From: Candidatus Thorarchaeota archaeon
GTDB lineage: Archaea; Asgardarchaeota; Thorarchaeia; Thorarchaeales; Thorarchaeaceae
Direction of reading: 5' to 3'
NCBI GenBank assembly: GCA_011364905.1
Contig: RDNZ01000032.1
Span: 1 to 31,332, forward strand
Length of the DNA stretch: 31,332 bases
Positions 1-9,450 of the stretch are shown piece after piece (positions within the stretch are counted from its first letter, which is position 1; the number at the start of each line of letters is the position of its first letter). The position numbers and the translations under genes are program-made. The notes below the pieces were generated by a model that saw nothing but the letters and a program-made list of their open reading frames with translations, did not search any database and was not told where the DNA came from.

Positions 1-1050
1 ATGAATTCAAGTAAGATAGAGGAAATGTACGGTTTTATCCAGGCAAACGAGATTAACATTCAAAGTGTGTTGATTATTCGCAATGGCTACATAATCAATG
101 AGGAATACCTCTACAACTCCGTACGGCTGGATGAGAAAAGTTACTACTGGCCCGAGGCCGATCCATATTGGGAACTCAGAGATGGTAGACTACATCAAGT
201 TTGGAGTGTTACAAAATCTGTCGTTTCTCTGCTTACAGGGATAGCGATCGAAAAGGGATTTTTCGACTTAAACACGAAATTCTTTGATGTCTTCCCTGAC
301 AAGTGGGATTCCTCGAAATACGGTGATACGGTTTATCTTGATGCCAAGAAAGACATAACTGTGGAAAACCTACTTCTTCAGAACGCTGGTATTCAATGGA
401 ATGAGTTTGATCCACAAACCAATATCGAATGGGGTAGTACTGGTTTTAGTCTTGATTACTATCTCATGAAACCCATGGATTATCTGCCAGGAACAGATGA
501 TCCTAATGCTTGGACATACTCAAGTGGAAATCCAGAAATGCTGTCTGTGATCATAGCAGAGAAGACTGGGATGACACTGGCTCAGTTTGCTCGGGAATAT
601 CTATTCAAACCCCTCAAAATCCGAGATAGCGAATGGGATTGGATGTATGGTCCATCCGCATGGGGAACAGGAGATCTTGCGATAAAGTATCACGGGGGAT
701 TCGGACTCTTCATGACACATAGAGCGATGGCACGTTTCGGATTGATGCTTTTGAATCAGGGAAAGTGGCATGGCAGACAAGTTGTGTCACAAGAGTGGGC
801 TGAAACATCAACGAGTGCTCTCATAGACAGACTATTGTTTGGAGTATTTCCGATTCACTATGGATATCTATGGTGGGTCACTCCTGGCAAATACTACCAA
901 GCATTCGGAGCAAATACAAACCGGATAATCGTGATACCAGAATATGATATTGTAGTGGTCTTCACTGCCAATGATCCAGCTGATTTGGTATGGTCTGGTC
1001 CCGTCGACAGTCTGCTCATTGACTCATTCATAATACCCGCGGTTCTGTAG
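1..1050 (+). CDS. Serine hydrolase, beta-lactamase class C / penicillin-binding-protein-like family (may be 5'-truncated by the window edge)
   Basis: SxxK motif (WSVTKS), YSS motif (WTYSSGN), and typical 'YLFKPLKI', 'RAMARFGLMLLNQGKWHGRQVV' and 'YGYLWW...IIVIPEYDIVVV' segments. Confidence 0.9.
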   Translation: MNSSKIEEMYGFIQANEINIQSVLIIRNGYIINEEYLYNSVRLDEKSYYWPEADPYWELRDGRLHQVWSVTKSVVSLLTGIAIEKGFFDLNTKFFDVFPDKWDSSKYGDTVYLDAKKDITVENLLLQNAGIQWNEFDPQTNIEWGSTGFSLDYYLMKPMDYLPGTDDPNAWTYSSGNPEMLSVIIAEKTGMTLAQFAREYLFKPLKIRDSEWDWMYGPSAWGTGDLAIKYHGGFGLFMTHRAMARFGLMLLNQGKWHGRQVVSQEWAETSTSALIDRLLFGVFPIHYGYLWWVTPGKYYQAFGANTNRIIVIPEYDIVVVFTANDPADLVWSGPVDSLLIDSFIIPAVL

Positions 1051-1342
1051 TACAACTGCTAAAGAGGATAAAGAAAGTGTTCGGGTGAAAATCACAGGGA
1101 TCTACATAGGTGAGTATCGTGGATAAGCCGCTATTAGCAACATGCATGCTTTGGCGGCTGTTTCCACATTTTGCATAGCTGACGATGATGGCACCAACGC
1201 ATAGTTGGTCTAAAGTGTCCTGCAGGATGTTTTGATGGTGAATCATAGATTGCCTCCAATGTATTTTGGATGAATCACCTATCGCTTGGAAAGCATTACA
1301 TCGAGCCATTTAATGAATCTTTTTCGAGGTAAAATGGGCAAT

Positions 1343-3427
1343 TCAGAGCTCATCAAAATAGACACGGAGTAGTTCAGCAACACTTCGGGCTCGCGACACA
1401 CAGCCACGGTCTCTGTGAGGTTTTGACCCATCGAACATATCAGAAACCGTACCTAAGCAACCTCTACGGACACCATTCAAAACTGGTCTGAAGATGTTCT
1501 TTTCTGCCTTTGCTTTATTGGCGTCAGTCCTTCCATTGACGTTAAGCCAAGCGGTTATGTAAGGACCAATGAGCCAAGGATGAACAGTGCCTTGATGCGT
1601 GGCAGCGGCACGGCTCTTTGGACCGCCTGTATAGGCTCGCGCATAGCGACGGTCACTCGGTGACAATGTTCTTAGTCCGAACGGTGTCAAGAGTTCCTTT
1701 GTAACAGTCTTAAGAACGGAATTTGCCTGTATCTCATCAAGAAGTGGGTACGGGAGACTTACTGCAAAAATCTGGTTGGGCCTTATTGAACTGTCTTTCT
1801 TTTCATCAGTAACGACATCATAGAGGTAACCCAATTCCTCAGACCAGAATGTCTGTTGAAACGCTTCACGAATCCAAGAAGCGACTGCTCTAAACTCATA
1901 TGGATCCCGCCCAACAAGGTCGCACATGTCGCCCATAGCCATAAGGACATTAAACCAGAGCGCGTTCACCTCTACACATTTGCCAATCCTTGGAGTGGCG
2001 GTCCAATCCCCAATTCGCTCATTCATCCATGAAACTTCTACACCATCGATGCCTGAAATTATCAAACCATCATGGTCTTCGTGAATATTGAACTTGGTCC
2101 CAATCCGGTACGCTGCAATAATAGACTCCATTGTGTCCCAAATTATCCCTCGCAGAAACTCAACATCATTTGTAGCTTCTATATACTTGTGACACGCCAT
2201 TATGAACCAAAGTGAGGCATCGACCGAGTCGTACTCTGGCTGAATCCCTCTGTCAGGGAAGTCATTCGGCACAAGGCCGTACCTTGAGTGTCGAGCATAG
2301 TTTGTAAGTATGGCCCGGGCATCTTGGAATCGCCCGATTGACATGGTCAAACCCGGTAAAGAAACGAGAGCATCTAGTCCGATATCAGCCAACTCATGAT
2401 ATCCTGCAATCACTGAACGCATCTTTGTTGACACGCGGTCAACGATGAAGGTGTCCGCATCAAGCACAAGCCATTCAATATCCTCATCTCGTTCTTTAGT
2501 GGACATTGAAAATGCTCGGTCATTCAATATGTTTCTTCTGCGAAGCTCCTCGAATCTTAGCTTCGCAAAGTCTTTTCTCTGAGCCTTCGCTAATGTGCCT
2601 AGGTTTTTCATTAACTGCTTTCTATTTGGGCCAACTGCAAACAGGAACGAAAGGAAATGCTCTCCGGGGTCGAGCACTGTGTGGAACACTCCAGGCACAA
2701 CCATTTCTTCTTCATGGGGGAGTCCCATTGCCTTGTCCTTTCTGTAAATCTGAGGATCTGTGATTCTTATCTCACTGGGCATGAAATCAGCATCAGGTGT
2801 ATAGGCGTACATCCATGGACTGTTAGGCCTTTCATCAAAGGAAAGATAGGAATGTTCATCGACTACCTCCACCTCTGGAGTGAAATCAAGATGAGGTGGT
2901 CGAGAGTGAAGGTCTCGACAAGTCTGAAGTGGGGTCACTGTGAAGACTGTTTCTTCTGTATTTGTAACTTCGTAGTTTACGACAGTAAGATTCCGTCGAT
3001 ATGCCATGAAAACTGTCTTTTCAAGTTCAACACACCCGGTCTTGTAAACCATCTGAGGAAGAGGATTCAGTTCGAACCGCTTCAGATAGCGATAGCCCCG
3101 ATGTGTGACTCCCTTCGTGGTCTGTTCAGTGCTCAGATTGCACTCTCCCTCTTTGTTAACAAGTGCCTCATCCACTCTCGAGAGAGTCAACCATCGGTCA
3201 ACAGGGGGACTTAACGATGAAACAAGCAGACCATGGTAACCACGTACATTCAAACCTACAATAGTGGAAGATGTATAGCCACCTAGACCATTAGCATACA
3301 GCCACTCGAAAGTAACTGCTCTGTTTAGTCGTAGGTCGGCATCTTCCAGGCTAATCACTGTAAGCTTCCATCCAGATTCTGAACGCGAGCTGCTATCTAA
3401 ATATGCACACTTTAAGGGTTGTGTCAC
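1343..3427 (-). CDS. Archaeal-type glycogen debranching enzyme homologue (GDE_N + amylo-alpha-1,6-glucosidase GDE_C); catalytic motifs degenerate
   Basis: N-terminal 'EWLYANGLGGY...YHGLLV'; C-terminal 'IAGY', 'SVDASLWF', 'GKCVEVNALW', 'SIRPNQIFAVSL', 'LLTPFGLRTL', 'HQGTVHPWL'. True start may be about 20 codons downstream. Confidence 0.88.
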   Translation of the reverse strand: MTQPLKCAYLDSSSRSESGWKLTVISLEDADLRLNRAVTFEWLYANGLGGYTSSTIVGLNVRGYHGLLVSSLSPPVDRWLTLSRVDEALVNKEGECNLSTEQTTKGVTHRGYRYLKRFELNPLPQMVYKTGCVELEKTVFMAYRRNLTVVNYEVTNTEETVFTVTPLQTCRDLHSRPPHLDFTPEVEVVDEHSYLSFDERPNSPWMYAYTPDADFMPSEIRITDPQIYRKDKAMGLPHEEEMVVPGVFHTVLDPGEHFLSFLFAVGPNRKQLMKNLGTLAKAQRKDFAKLRFEELRRRNILNDRAFSMSTKERDEDIEWLVLDADTFIVDRVSTKMRSVIAGYHELADIGLDALVSLPGLTMSIGRFQDARAILTNYARHSRYGLVPNDFPDRGIQPEYDSVDASLWFIMACHKYIEATNDVEFLRGIIWDTMESIIAAYRIGTKFNIHEDHDGLIISGIDGVEVSWMNERIGDWTATPRIGKCVEVNALWFNVLMAMGDMCDLVGRDPYEFRAVASWIREAFQQTFWSEELGYLYDVVTDEKKDSSIRPNQIFAVSLPYPLLDEIQANSVLKTVTKELLTPFGLRTLSPSDRRYARAYTGGPKSRAAATHQGTVHPWLIGPYITAWLNVNGRTDANKAKAEKNIFRPVLNGVRRGCLGTVSDMFDGSKPHRDRGCVSRARSVAELLRVYFDEL

Positions 3428-3501
3428 GTGAAGCTATCTTGGACAGGCATCTCCATAAGGAGGACATAAACTTGATTCCGCTGTGCCTGGAGAAATGTTG
3501 A

Positions 3502-4788
3502 ATGAGTGATCAGAATTTCAGATCGATTCCAGATGAGGACTCCCAAGTTGGGGATAGCTCAGAGGAAAGGCTGAGATTCGGACTAAGCAAAAACCTACGA
3601 CGTCTGGCTCTTGTTACTGGAATTGCACAGTTCTCGATGAGCGTTTGGGTCTGGCAATTTGGTATCTTTATGGAGGCAACCGTGAATCAGCTCTGGCAAA
3701 TCGGACTTACTTTTTCAGTTGGAACACTTGCCACAATCGTAGGCTACGGATTGTCAGGTACAATAGCGGACTATTTTGGTAGAAAAAACGCCATGATATT
3801 TGGATTTCTTCCGATGTCTTTGGGACTCTTTACTCTTCGATTCTTCCCGCACTGGCCACTCATCCCATTTGAATACGCAACTGTTCAGATTGGGTGGGCA
3901 TTCATAATAATTATGACAAGTGCAATACCTGCGGATGAGATAGCAAAGTCAAGCGGAGTTAATGCAGTTCGTACATTCAACATGGTACTATTGCCTGCGT
4001 TTTTGGTTGATGGTATGAGTCCAATAGTCGCAGGAATTCTTCTCCAGATAGGTTACAGGGCAGGAGACCTTCACTTACTTGCTGCAGTAGGTGCTTTAGT
4101 GGCAATGCTCGCTACACAACGGGGTGTGAAAGAGTCTCTGGGAAAGGAAATAGTTGAGCGAGCTAGAGCAGGTTCTGTTATTACTCTCAGGGGACTGGGC
4201 CCCAACTTTTGGATCTTTACCGCGGGTATGTTTGGATTCACGCTCGTAATGAATTTCTCATTTCCCTATATGGGAAACCTGGTTGTGAATGAGTGGGGGA
4301 TAAACGAATCAATCTATGCATATGCATGGAGTGCATGGTCATTCACATGCGTGTTACTAATGTATGGAGTCGGTTCAGCTACCGATAAGAACATCAGAAT
4401 TGCGCTTATTGCAGGGACGTATTCGACTGCCGTAATCGCCGGACTCTTTGCTTATGGAACCACTGTTTTGGACCTTGTCATTCTTAACATCCTTTTGGCT
4501 GCACCTATTGTGATTTGGAGTGGAGCTGAAAAGACCCTTGCAGTCAACGGGGTAAGGAATGAGATGAAAGGGAGAGCTCTTGGAACATATCAGTTCATGA
4601 TGAGTTCTACGCGGTTGATGGGATCATTTGTTGGAGCACTTCTCTGGGAGTACTTCGGGAGTCTACGGGCAGTATATAGCATATCATGCATGGTTGGCAT
4701 GATGCTGGTCGTAGTCCTGACATTCGCTCTTATGAAATTAAAGCTGGAATATAGAGGAGAATCATCGACACTCGTTCTAACCGAGTAA
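3502..4788 (+). CDS. MFS transporter
   Basis: About 12 hydrophobic segments, MFS motif A 'GTIADYFGRK' after TM2, and 'MKGRALG' in the C-terminal half. Confidence 0.85.
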   Translation: MSDQNFRSIPDEDSQVGDSSEERLRFGLSKNLRRLALVTGIAQFSMSVWVWQFGIFMEATVNQLWQIGLTFSVGTLATIVGYGLSGTIADYFGRKNAMIFGFLPMSLGLFTLRFFPHWPLIPFEYATVQIGWAFIIIMTSAIPADEIAKSSGVNAVRTFNMVLLPAFLVDGMSPIVAGILLQIGYRAGDLHLLAAVGALVAMLATQRGVKESLGKEIVERARAGSVITLRGLGPNFWIFTAGMFGFTLVMNFSFPYMGNLVVNEWGINESIYAYAWSAWSFTCVLLMYGVGSATDKNIRIALIAGTYSTAVIAGLFAYGTTVLDLVILNILLAAPIVIWSGAEKTLAVNGVRNEMKGRALGTYQFMMSSTRLMGSFVGALLWEYFGSLRAVYSISCMVGMMLVVVLTFALMKLKLEYRGESSTLVLTE

Positions 4789-4844
4789 ATTTCTTATCTT
4801 CATTTGCGTGGCTAAAGATATCACCGGAGTCCCGAGGGAGTACA

Positions 4845-6767
4845 ATGGGTGACGATGATTCATCTTTCATTGGTCGTCGCTTGAAGCATACAGGGGACTT
4901 GCTTTTGGGTGGAGCAAAGAAACAGGTTGTGGATTATAAGCTAAAGTTTGATGGCTTGAAGGGCACATATGATGATTTTCTATCAAAGCTACTAATCCCA
5001 TATACGCCTAAGATGTTCGATGTTTCGTTCATTGATCAATTCTTTGGAAAAAGGAGCCTCAGCTTCGCTGGCGTTGACGGTACTGTATTGAAGGAAGATG
5101 TCTTTGATCTGGTTGTCTTTTTCGCAGGTGCCTATAGCGCACACGGGAAAATCGAGTTTGATAGTAAAGGTCACGCATCCATTGTTTACGATGAAAAGTA
5201 TCTGGAGAAGGGTGTTGGTGTATCCAGTGTTCTTCCAGTCTATATCAACGAAGTGCCCCTCATTGACCAGACTCTTCTGGTTCGTGATGAAGAGGGTCAT
5301 GCTGATGACTCTATAACCTTCACAGACGCTTGGGTTGTGGACAACTCAGCTTTTGCCGATTATTTGATGGGTCTTGCGGAATTCTATCTTGGATATCAGC
5401 TTGTCTGTTCAGAGAATCCGGTAGACATCCTCTTGATAGATAGAGTATTCTCTTCTGAAATTGCTTCATTTTATGCGGAAACATCAGATTTCAGATTAAA
5501 CTTGGACCATGAGTGTGGACTTATTGGTCATAAAATAGATGGGAGACCCTTCACCAAGACTGAGTGGATATTTGCAAGGAAGCTATTTGGCAACTTGAAG
5601 ATGGGAACACCTGCCCCAAGAGGAGAGTTCCTTTTTCCAAGGATTGTAATGGAGCTCATCAAAGAACCAGGCAACTCCTTGACCAGGGATGAACTTGCAG
5701 AAAAACTTGGATTGAATGGTGAATTCCATCTTTCGCGACTGGACAAAGAACTCGAGAAGGGCATACGTGGTTCGGGAGATGCTGAGGGATTAATAATTCG
5801 AAAAGACCAGCATTTCGTACTTAAACCGCAATATCGAGACATCAAAGACCGAATACGAAAGTTGGTTGATGAAGTATGTGGGAGGATGTTTTCAGGAGAC
5901 CCTAAAGTCTCCTATGATGACAGATTCAAAGTCGATGGAAGATGGATAACAACAAACGATCTTGCGTTTCTAAGTCTGGCATCACTCTATCTTTCAATTG
6001 AGAGCTGTTGGAAAAATAAGACGCTACTTGTGGGTGTTGCTAAGGACACGTCTGCAAGGGATCTGAAAAGACAAGTCTTGCCAGTTCTAAACTATGTAGG
6101 CCGGTTCAAAGGAACATTCAGTGGCAAAGGCCAGGACACTCCAGACACAGACCGGATGATTCTGCAATGGGTATCTTTGCATGAAAAAGAGCAACTGGCG
6201 GTACCTTGGGCAACTGTTGAATATGATACAGCTTTCAAGACAATAGTACCTCACTTTGAACGAAAACCCGGCCTTGTTTCCGGCGCTCGTAGAAATCAGA
6301 TATCTTTAGAAAAAACATTCACAAAATCGTATTTCCAGTTATGCCAGGCAGCGTCTGACAAGAAGCTTCGGAGTAATGTTCTCCTCTATGATCGACTGAT
6401 ATACCCAGATTTTGACGAGAATGAATCCAACTTACTTACTCTCCATCACGATTATCAAAACAGACCAGAAAGTCCAGAACTTGTTCAGGTTGTCTTTTAC
6501 GAAGGAGTTGACAACCAGATTCAATCGTTCATTATCTCCATGTTTGAAGAAATGACTAGTAAGAGTATCCCCGAGCTCTTTGGACACCTCAAGCCTCTCT
6601 ATATAGCCGATAAAGTCGCCAAGTATTATTGGAGCCAATTCAAAGGTATGGTAGACAGTACTGGGACTTGGCTCATCAATCGTTCTGATTTGAGGGAATT
6701 TCTGTTTTATCTAAGTAGTTTTAGAGAAAGGAGGTCAAGCGTTGAACAATCAAGAAGATATTCATGA
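4845..6767 (+). CDS. nurA: NurA-family nuclease, enlarged (640 aa), with a probable inserted winged-helix domain
   Basis: 'FAGVDGT' catalytic Asp motif, 'LLID', 'GVAKD' and a C-terminal 'GHLKPLYIADKVAK' motif; adjacent to a HerA ATPase; HTH-like 'LTRDELAEKLGL' in the middle. Confidence 0.72.
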   Translation: MGDDDSSFIGRRLKHTGDLLLGGAKKQVVDYKLKFDGLKGTYDDFLSKLLIPYTPKMFDVSFIDQFFGKRSLSFAGVDGTVLKEDVFDLVVFFAGAYSAHGKIEFDSKGHASIVYDEKYLEKGVGVSSVLPVYINEVPLIDQTLLVRDEEGHADDSITFTDAWVVDNSAFADYLMGLAEFYLGYQLVCSENPVDILLIDRVFSSEIASFYAETSDFRLNLDHECGLIGHKIDGRPFTKTEWIFARKLFGNLKMGTPAPRGEFLFPRIVMELIKEPGNSLTRDELAEKLGLNGEFHLSRLDKELEKGIRGSGDAEGLIIRKDQHFVLKPQYRDIKDRIRKLVDEVCGRMFSGDPKVSYDDRFKVDGRWITTNDLAFLSLASLYLSIESCWKNKTLLVGVAKDTSARDLKRQVLPVLNYVGRFKGTFSGKGQDTPDTDRMILQWVSLHEKEQLAVPWATVEYDTAFKTIVPHFERKPGLVSGARRNQISLEKTFTKSYFQLCQAASDKKLRSNVLLYDRLIYPDFDENESNLLTLHHDYQNRPESPELVQVVFYEGVDNQIQSFIISMFEEMTSKSIPELFGHLKPLYIADKVAKYYWSQFKGMVDSTGTWLINRSDLREFLFYLSSFRERRSSVEQSRRYS

Positions 6768-8616
6768 AAAGTACTTCACCGATTTTGATGGAACATTCGA
6801 TGGTAGACTAGCACGTGTGATTCCAGTTGCGGCAAACTATACATCTGAATGGGCTGGATCAGCGGCGAGATATGATTGCCGCATAAAGCTTCGCTACAAC
6901 AAAGAGCTGATGGCACAACTAGAGGAAGGAATGCTTCTTGCAGTCCGAAACTTCAAAGGGCAATCAAAGAAGTCCGAGAAAGAGAAGATTCAAAGATACA
7001 CTGTAATGGTGATTAGTAAAGTATGGCCACTTCACTATGGACTGGGTGGAGTCAGTGATAGTCATTACTATCCACTTCAAATGGAAATTATAGAGCAGTC
7101 TGTACCTGACTGGTCAACAGACGACCAGTCAACCATGATGGTCCAAATGACTGCTGTACCGATCAACTATGATCTCGTCATCGATGCAAAAGGTGATTTT
7201 GAGTTCAGGAAAGGATTCTCGTATCCGCTTTTAGGCGAACAAGTTCATGTTATCAATCTGGAAACTATAGATAGGATCTACAACTCTCGTGTAAAGGAAG
7301 CCATTTCCTATACAAAATCGACAACATCTTCTGATCCGAAGAAGGATCCGAGAGTAGGTACATTGCGGATGTTTTTAGAGAGCGACGAGCAAATTCCCAT
7401 CTATGTTGATTTCAATAAACTACTTCGTTATCATTTCGGAGTTTTCTCATTCACAGGTGGAGGAAAAAGCAATCTGCTTTCAAACCTATTTAGACGGATT
7501 CTCTATCATGATAAAGACACGAAACTTGTGATTTTTGATATTAGCTGTGAGTACCCATTCCTTCTAAGTGATGTATTCATGGACCCCAAGATTCCTAGTA
7601 GCATCGTACTAGAGGATGAGGCCAAGACTTCAGAACACTTTGCTCGTTCGATTGTCAAACCTAGAGACTTCGAGGAAGATCCAAGAGCAAATGAAGTTCT
7701 CAAGCAAATCTATGACAAGGGCAGAGTGACCTTTTACAACAGACCTCTGACACAAGTCCCAACCTTCAGTAGTCTAATCCAAGAGATGAGAACACTTCGT
7801 TCAGACAGTTCAGGTAGACCAAATTATGTACAAGCAATGGATGCGATAATTGACTTTGTAGGTTCATATTGTCAGACAACCGGAACATCAGAACATGATG
7901 AGATTGATATGGATTTCATTGACAAGCTTGACTCGATTGCTACACAAGCTATGGAAACTTACAAAGTAAATGAGAAGGCGACTGTTTATGCATGGGCAAC
8001 AACTAGATCAACATTGAAGGGTGTCTTAACGCGAGCCCAGAAGGCTAAGCGCAGCGGTGTAACAATCAAGGAGCTGATGATGAAATTAAGTGGTCCAGAA
8101 CGTGTTGTCTGCATCTCGATTGCAGATCCGGACACGATTAGAGACCTGGTCATCAAAATGACTAGCGCAGCCCTGCGTTATAGAAAGAAGAGCTTTGAAA
8201 TAAAGCCGCAGATTCTCTTTGTCTTTGATGAAGCTCAAGAATTTATACCGTCAAACGTAAGTGGGCAGCTAGGACAGTGTAGTGCTGCAGTCGAGAGGCT
8301 TCTTCGCCAGGGAAGAAAATATGGTCTCGGAGGCGCTATCGCTACGCAGAGGATTGCATATCTCAATACAAACATAATGCAGCAGCTCCACACATTCTTT
8401 GTTGGGACTCTACCTCGACCATATGATAGGACTGTTGTGAGTAGTTCATTCCAAATCGATCTTAGCATCCTAGACAAGACACTTGAGTTTCCACCTGGTT
8501 CATGGCTTCTTTCGAGCTATATCGCAACAGGACTAGACAATGTGCCTGTATTCGTAAAGGCTGACAACTCGGAGGACGTGTTAAAGCAACACCTTAATTC
8601 CTTGAACCAGAACTAG
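6742..8616 (+). CDS. herA: HerA/FtsK-family (DUF87-like) helicase/translocase ATPase with an N-terminal HAS-barrel-like region
   Basis: 'HFGVFSFTGGGKSN' (Walker A preceded by the HerA His), 'ILFVFDEAQEF' (Walker B), 'RQGRKYGLG...ATQR' (arginine finger and Q-sensor). TTG start preceded by AGGAGGT inside the nurA 3' end. Confidence 0.85.
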   Translation: MNNQEDIHEKYFTDFDGTFDGRLARVIPVAANYTSEWAGSAARYDCRIKLRYNKELMAQLEEGMLLAVRNFKGQSKKSEKEKIQRYTVMVISKVWPLHYGLGGVSDSHYYPLQMEIIEQSVPDWSTDDQSTMMVQMTAVPINYDLVIDAKGDFEFRKGFSYPLLGEQVHVINLETIDRIYNSRVKEAISYTKSTTSSDPKKDPRVGTLRMFLESDEQIPIYVDFNKLLRYHFGVFSFTGGGKSNLLSNLFRRILYHDKDTKLVIFDISCEYPFLLSDVFMDPKIPSSIVLEDEAKTSEHFARSIVKPRDFEEDPRANEVLKQIYDKGRVTFYNRPLTQVPTFSSLIQEMRTLRSDSSGRPNYVQAMDAIIDFVGSYCQTTGTSEHDEIDMDFIDKLDSIATQAMETYKVNEKATVYAWATTRSTLKGVLTRAQKAKRSGVTIKELMMKLSGPERVVCISIADPDTIRDLVIKMTSAALRYRKKSFEIKPQILFVFDEAQEFIPSNVSGQLGQCSAAVERLLRQGRKYGLGGAIATQRIAYLNTNIMQQLHTFFVGTLPRPYDRTVVSSSFQIDLSILDKTLEFPPGSWLLSSYIATGLDNVPVFVKADNSEDVLKQHLNSLNQN

Positions 8617-9332
8617 CTAAGGTCATCAGGATCAGTTGATAGAATTTTATCGACATCATGGATTTTGGCCAAATCCCCGAGGAGGTGTCCCGATCTGCGT
8701 GCTTTCGTCTCAAGATAGTGCTTGTTATATTCCGAGGGTTCGATTATCAGAGGAAGTCGCTCAGTGATTTTTACACCAGCATCTGTAAGCTGTCTTATTT
8801 TTGCAGGGTTGTTTGTAAGTAATTTAATGGATTTCACCTGAAGATTCTTTAGAATATTCGCAGCAACCCCGTAGTCACGCTCATCAGGTTTGTAACCAAG
8901 GTGGATGTTCGCCTCGACTGTATCATATCCCTGATCTTGTAATGCATAGGCTTTGATCTTTTCAGTCAAACCAATGTTTCGACCTTCTTGCCTGAGATAA
9001 AGAAGCACACCTTCCCCATTTTCCTCAATGATTCTCAGAGATTCTAGAAGTTGGTCCCGGCAGTCGCAGCGCTTACTTCCCATGACATCGCCTGTCAAAC
9101 ATTCAGAGTGTATCCTTGAGAGAACGCTTTCTTTTCCAACAATATCTCCTCGTATAATCGCTGTATGTTCTTTACCATCACAAGGGCTCACAAAGCCAGC
9201 AACTTGGAAATCTCCGAATCTGCTGGGAAGATCGGCAATAGCTACTAGTTGTACGCAACACTCGTCAGTCGCGCATACTTGTTTGGCACTAGCCAAAATG
9301 AGCTTGTCCACAACTTCGTCTGAGAGGTTCAT
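8613..9332 (-). CDS. ribA: GTP cyclohydrolase II
   Basis: 'RIHSECLTGD', 'RCDCRDQL', 'LYLRQEGRNIGL', 'DTVEAN', 'LLTNNP'. ATG at 9332 chosen; the ORF is open back to 9380. Confidence 0.93.
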   Translation of the reverse strand: MNLSDEVVDKLILASAKQVCATDECCVQLVAIADLPSRFGDFQVAGFVSPCDGKEHTAIIRGDIVGKESVLSRIHSECLTGDVMGSKRCDCRDQLLESLRIIEENGEGVLLYLRQEGRNIGLTEKIKAYALQDQGYDTVEANIHLGYKPDERDYGVAANILKNLQVKSIKLLTNNPAKIRQLTDAGVKITERLPLIIEPSEYNKHYLETKARRSGHLLGDLAKIHDVDKILSTDPDDLS

Positions 9333-9450
9333 TTGAATCAAGGCATTTCCTGGAAGCTGTCTTGATATACCTTTTCGCATGACTCATTTCCGGCACTTCT
9401 AAATAGTACTAAATCTCCAAAAATCGAAAGGAAAACACGAGGAAATCAGT

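Noticed and set aside
1-1050. Antibiotic-resistance beta-lactamase
   Set aside because: SxxK serine hydrolases of this family are mostly esterases or peptidases; nothing here supports beta-lactam specificity.
1028-1309. Minus-strand 93-aa ORF (or 72 aa from ATG 1246, which has GGAGG upstream)
   Set aside because: Composition is not protein-like, no motif is recognisable, and it overlaps the 3' end of the hydrolase gene. The SD-like sequence alone is insufficient, though a small gene cannot be excluded.
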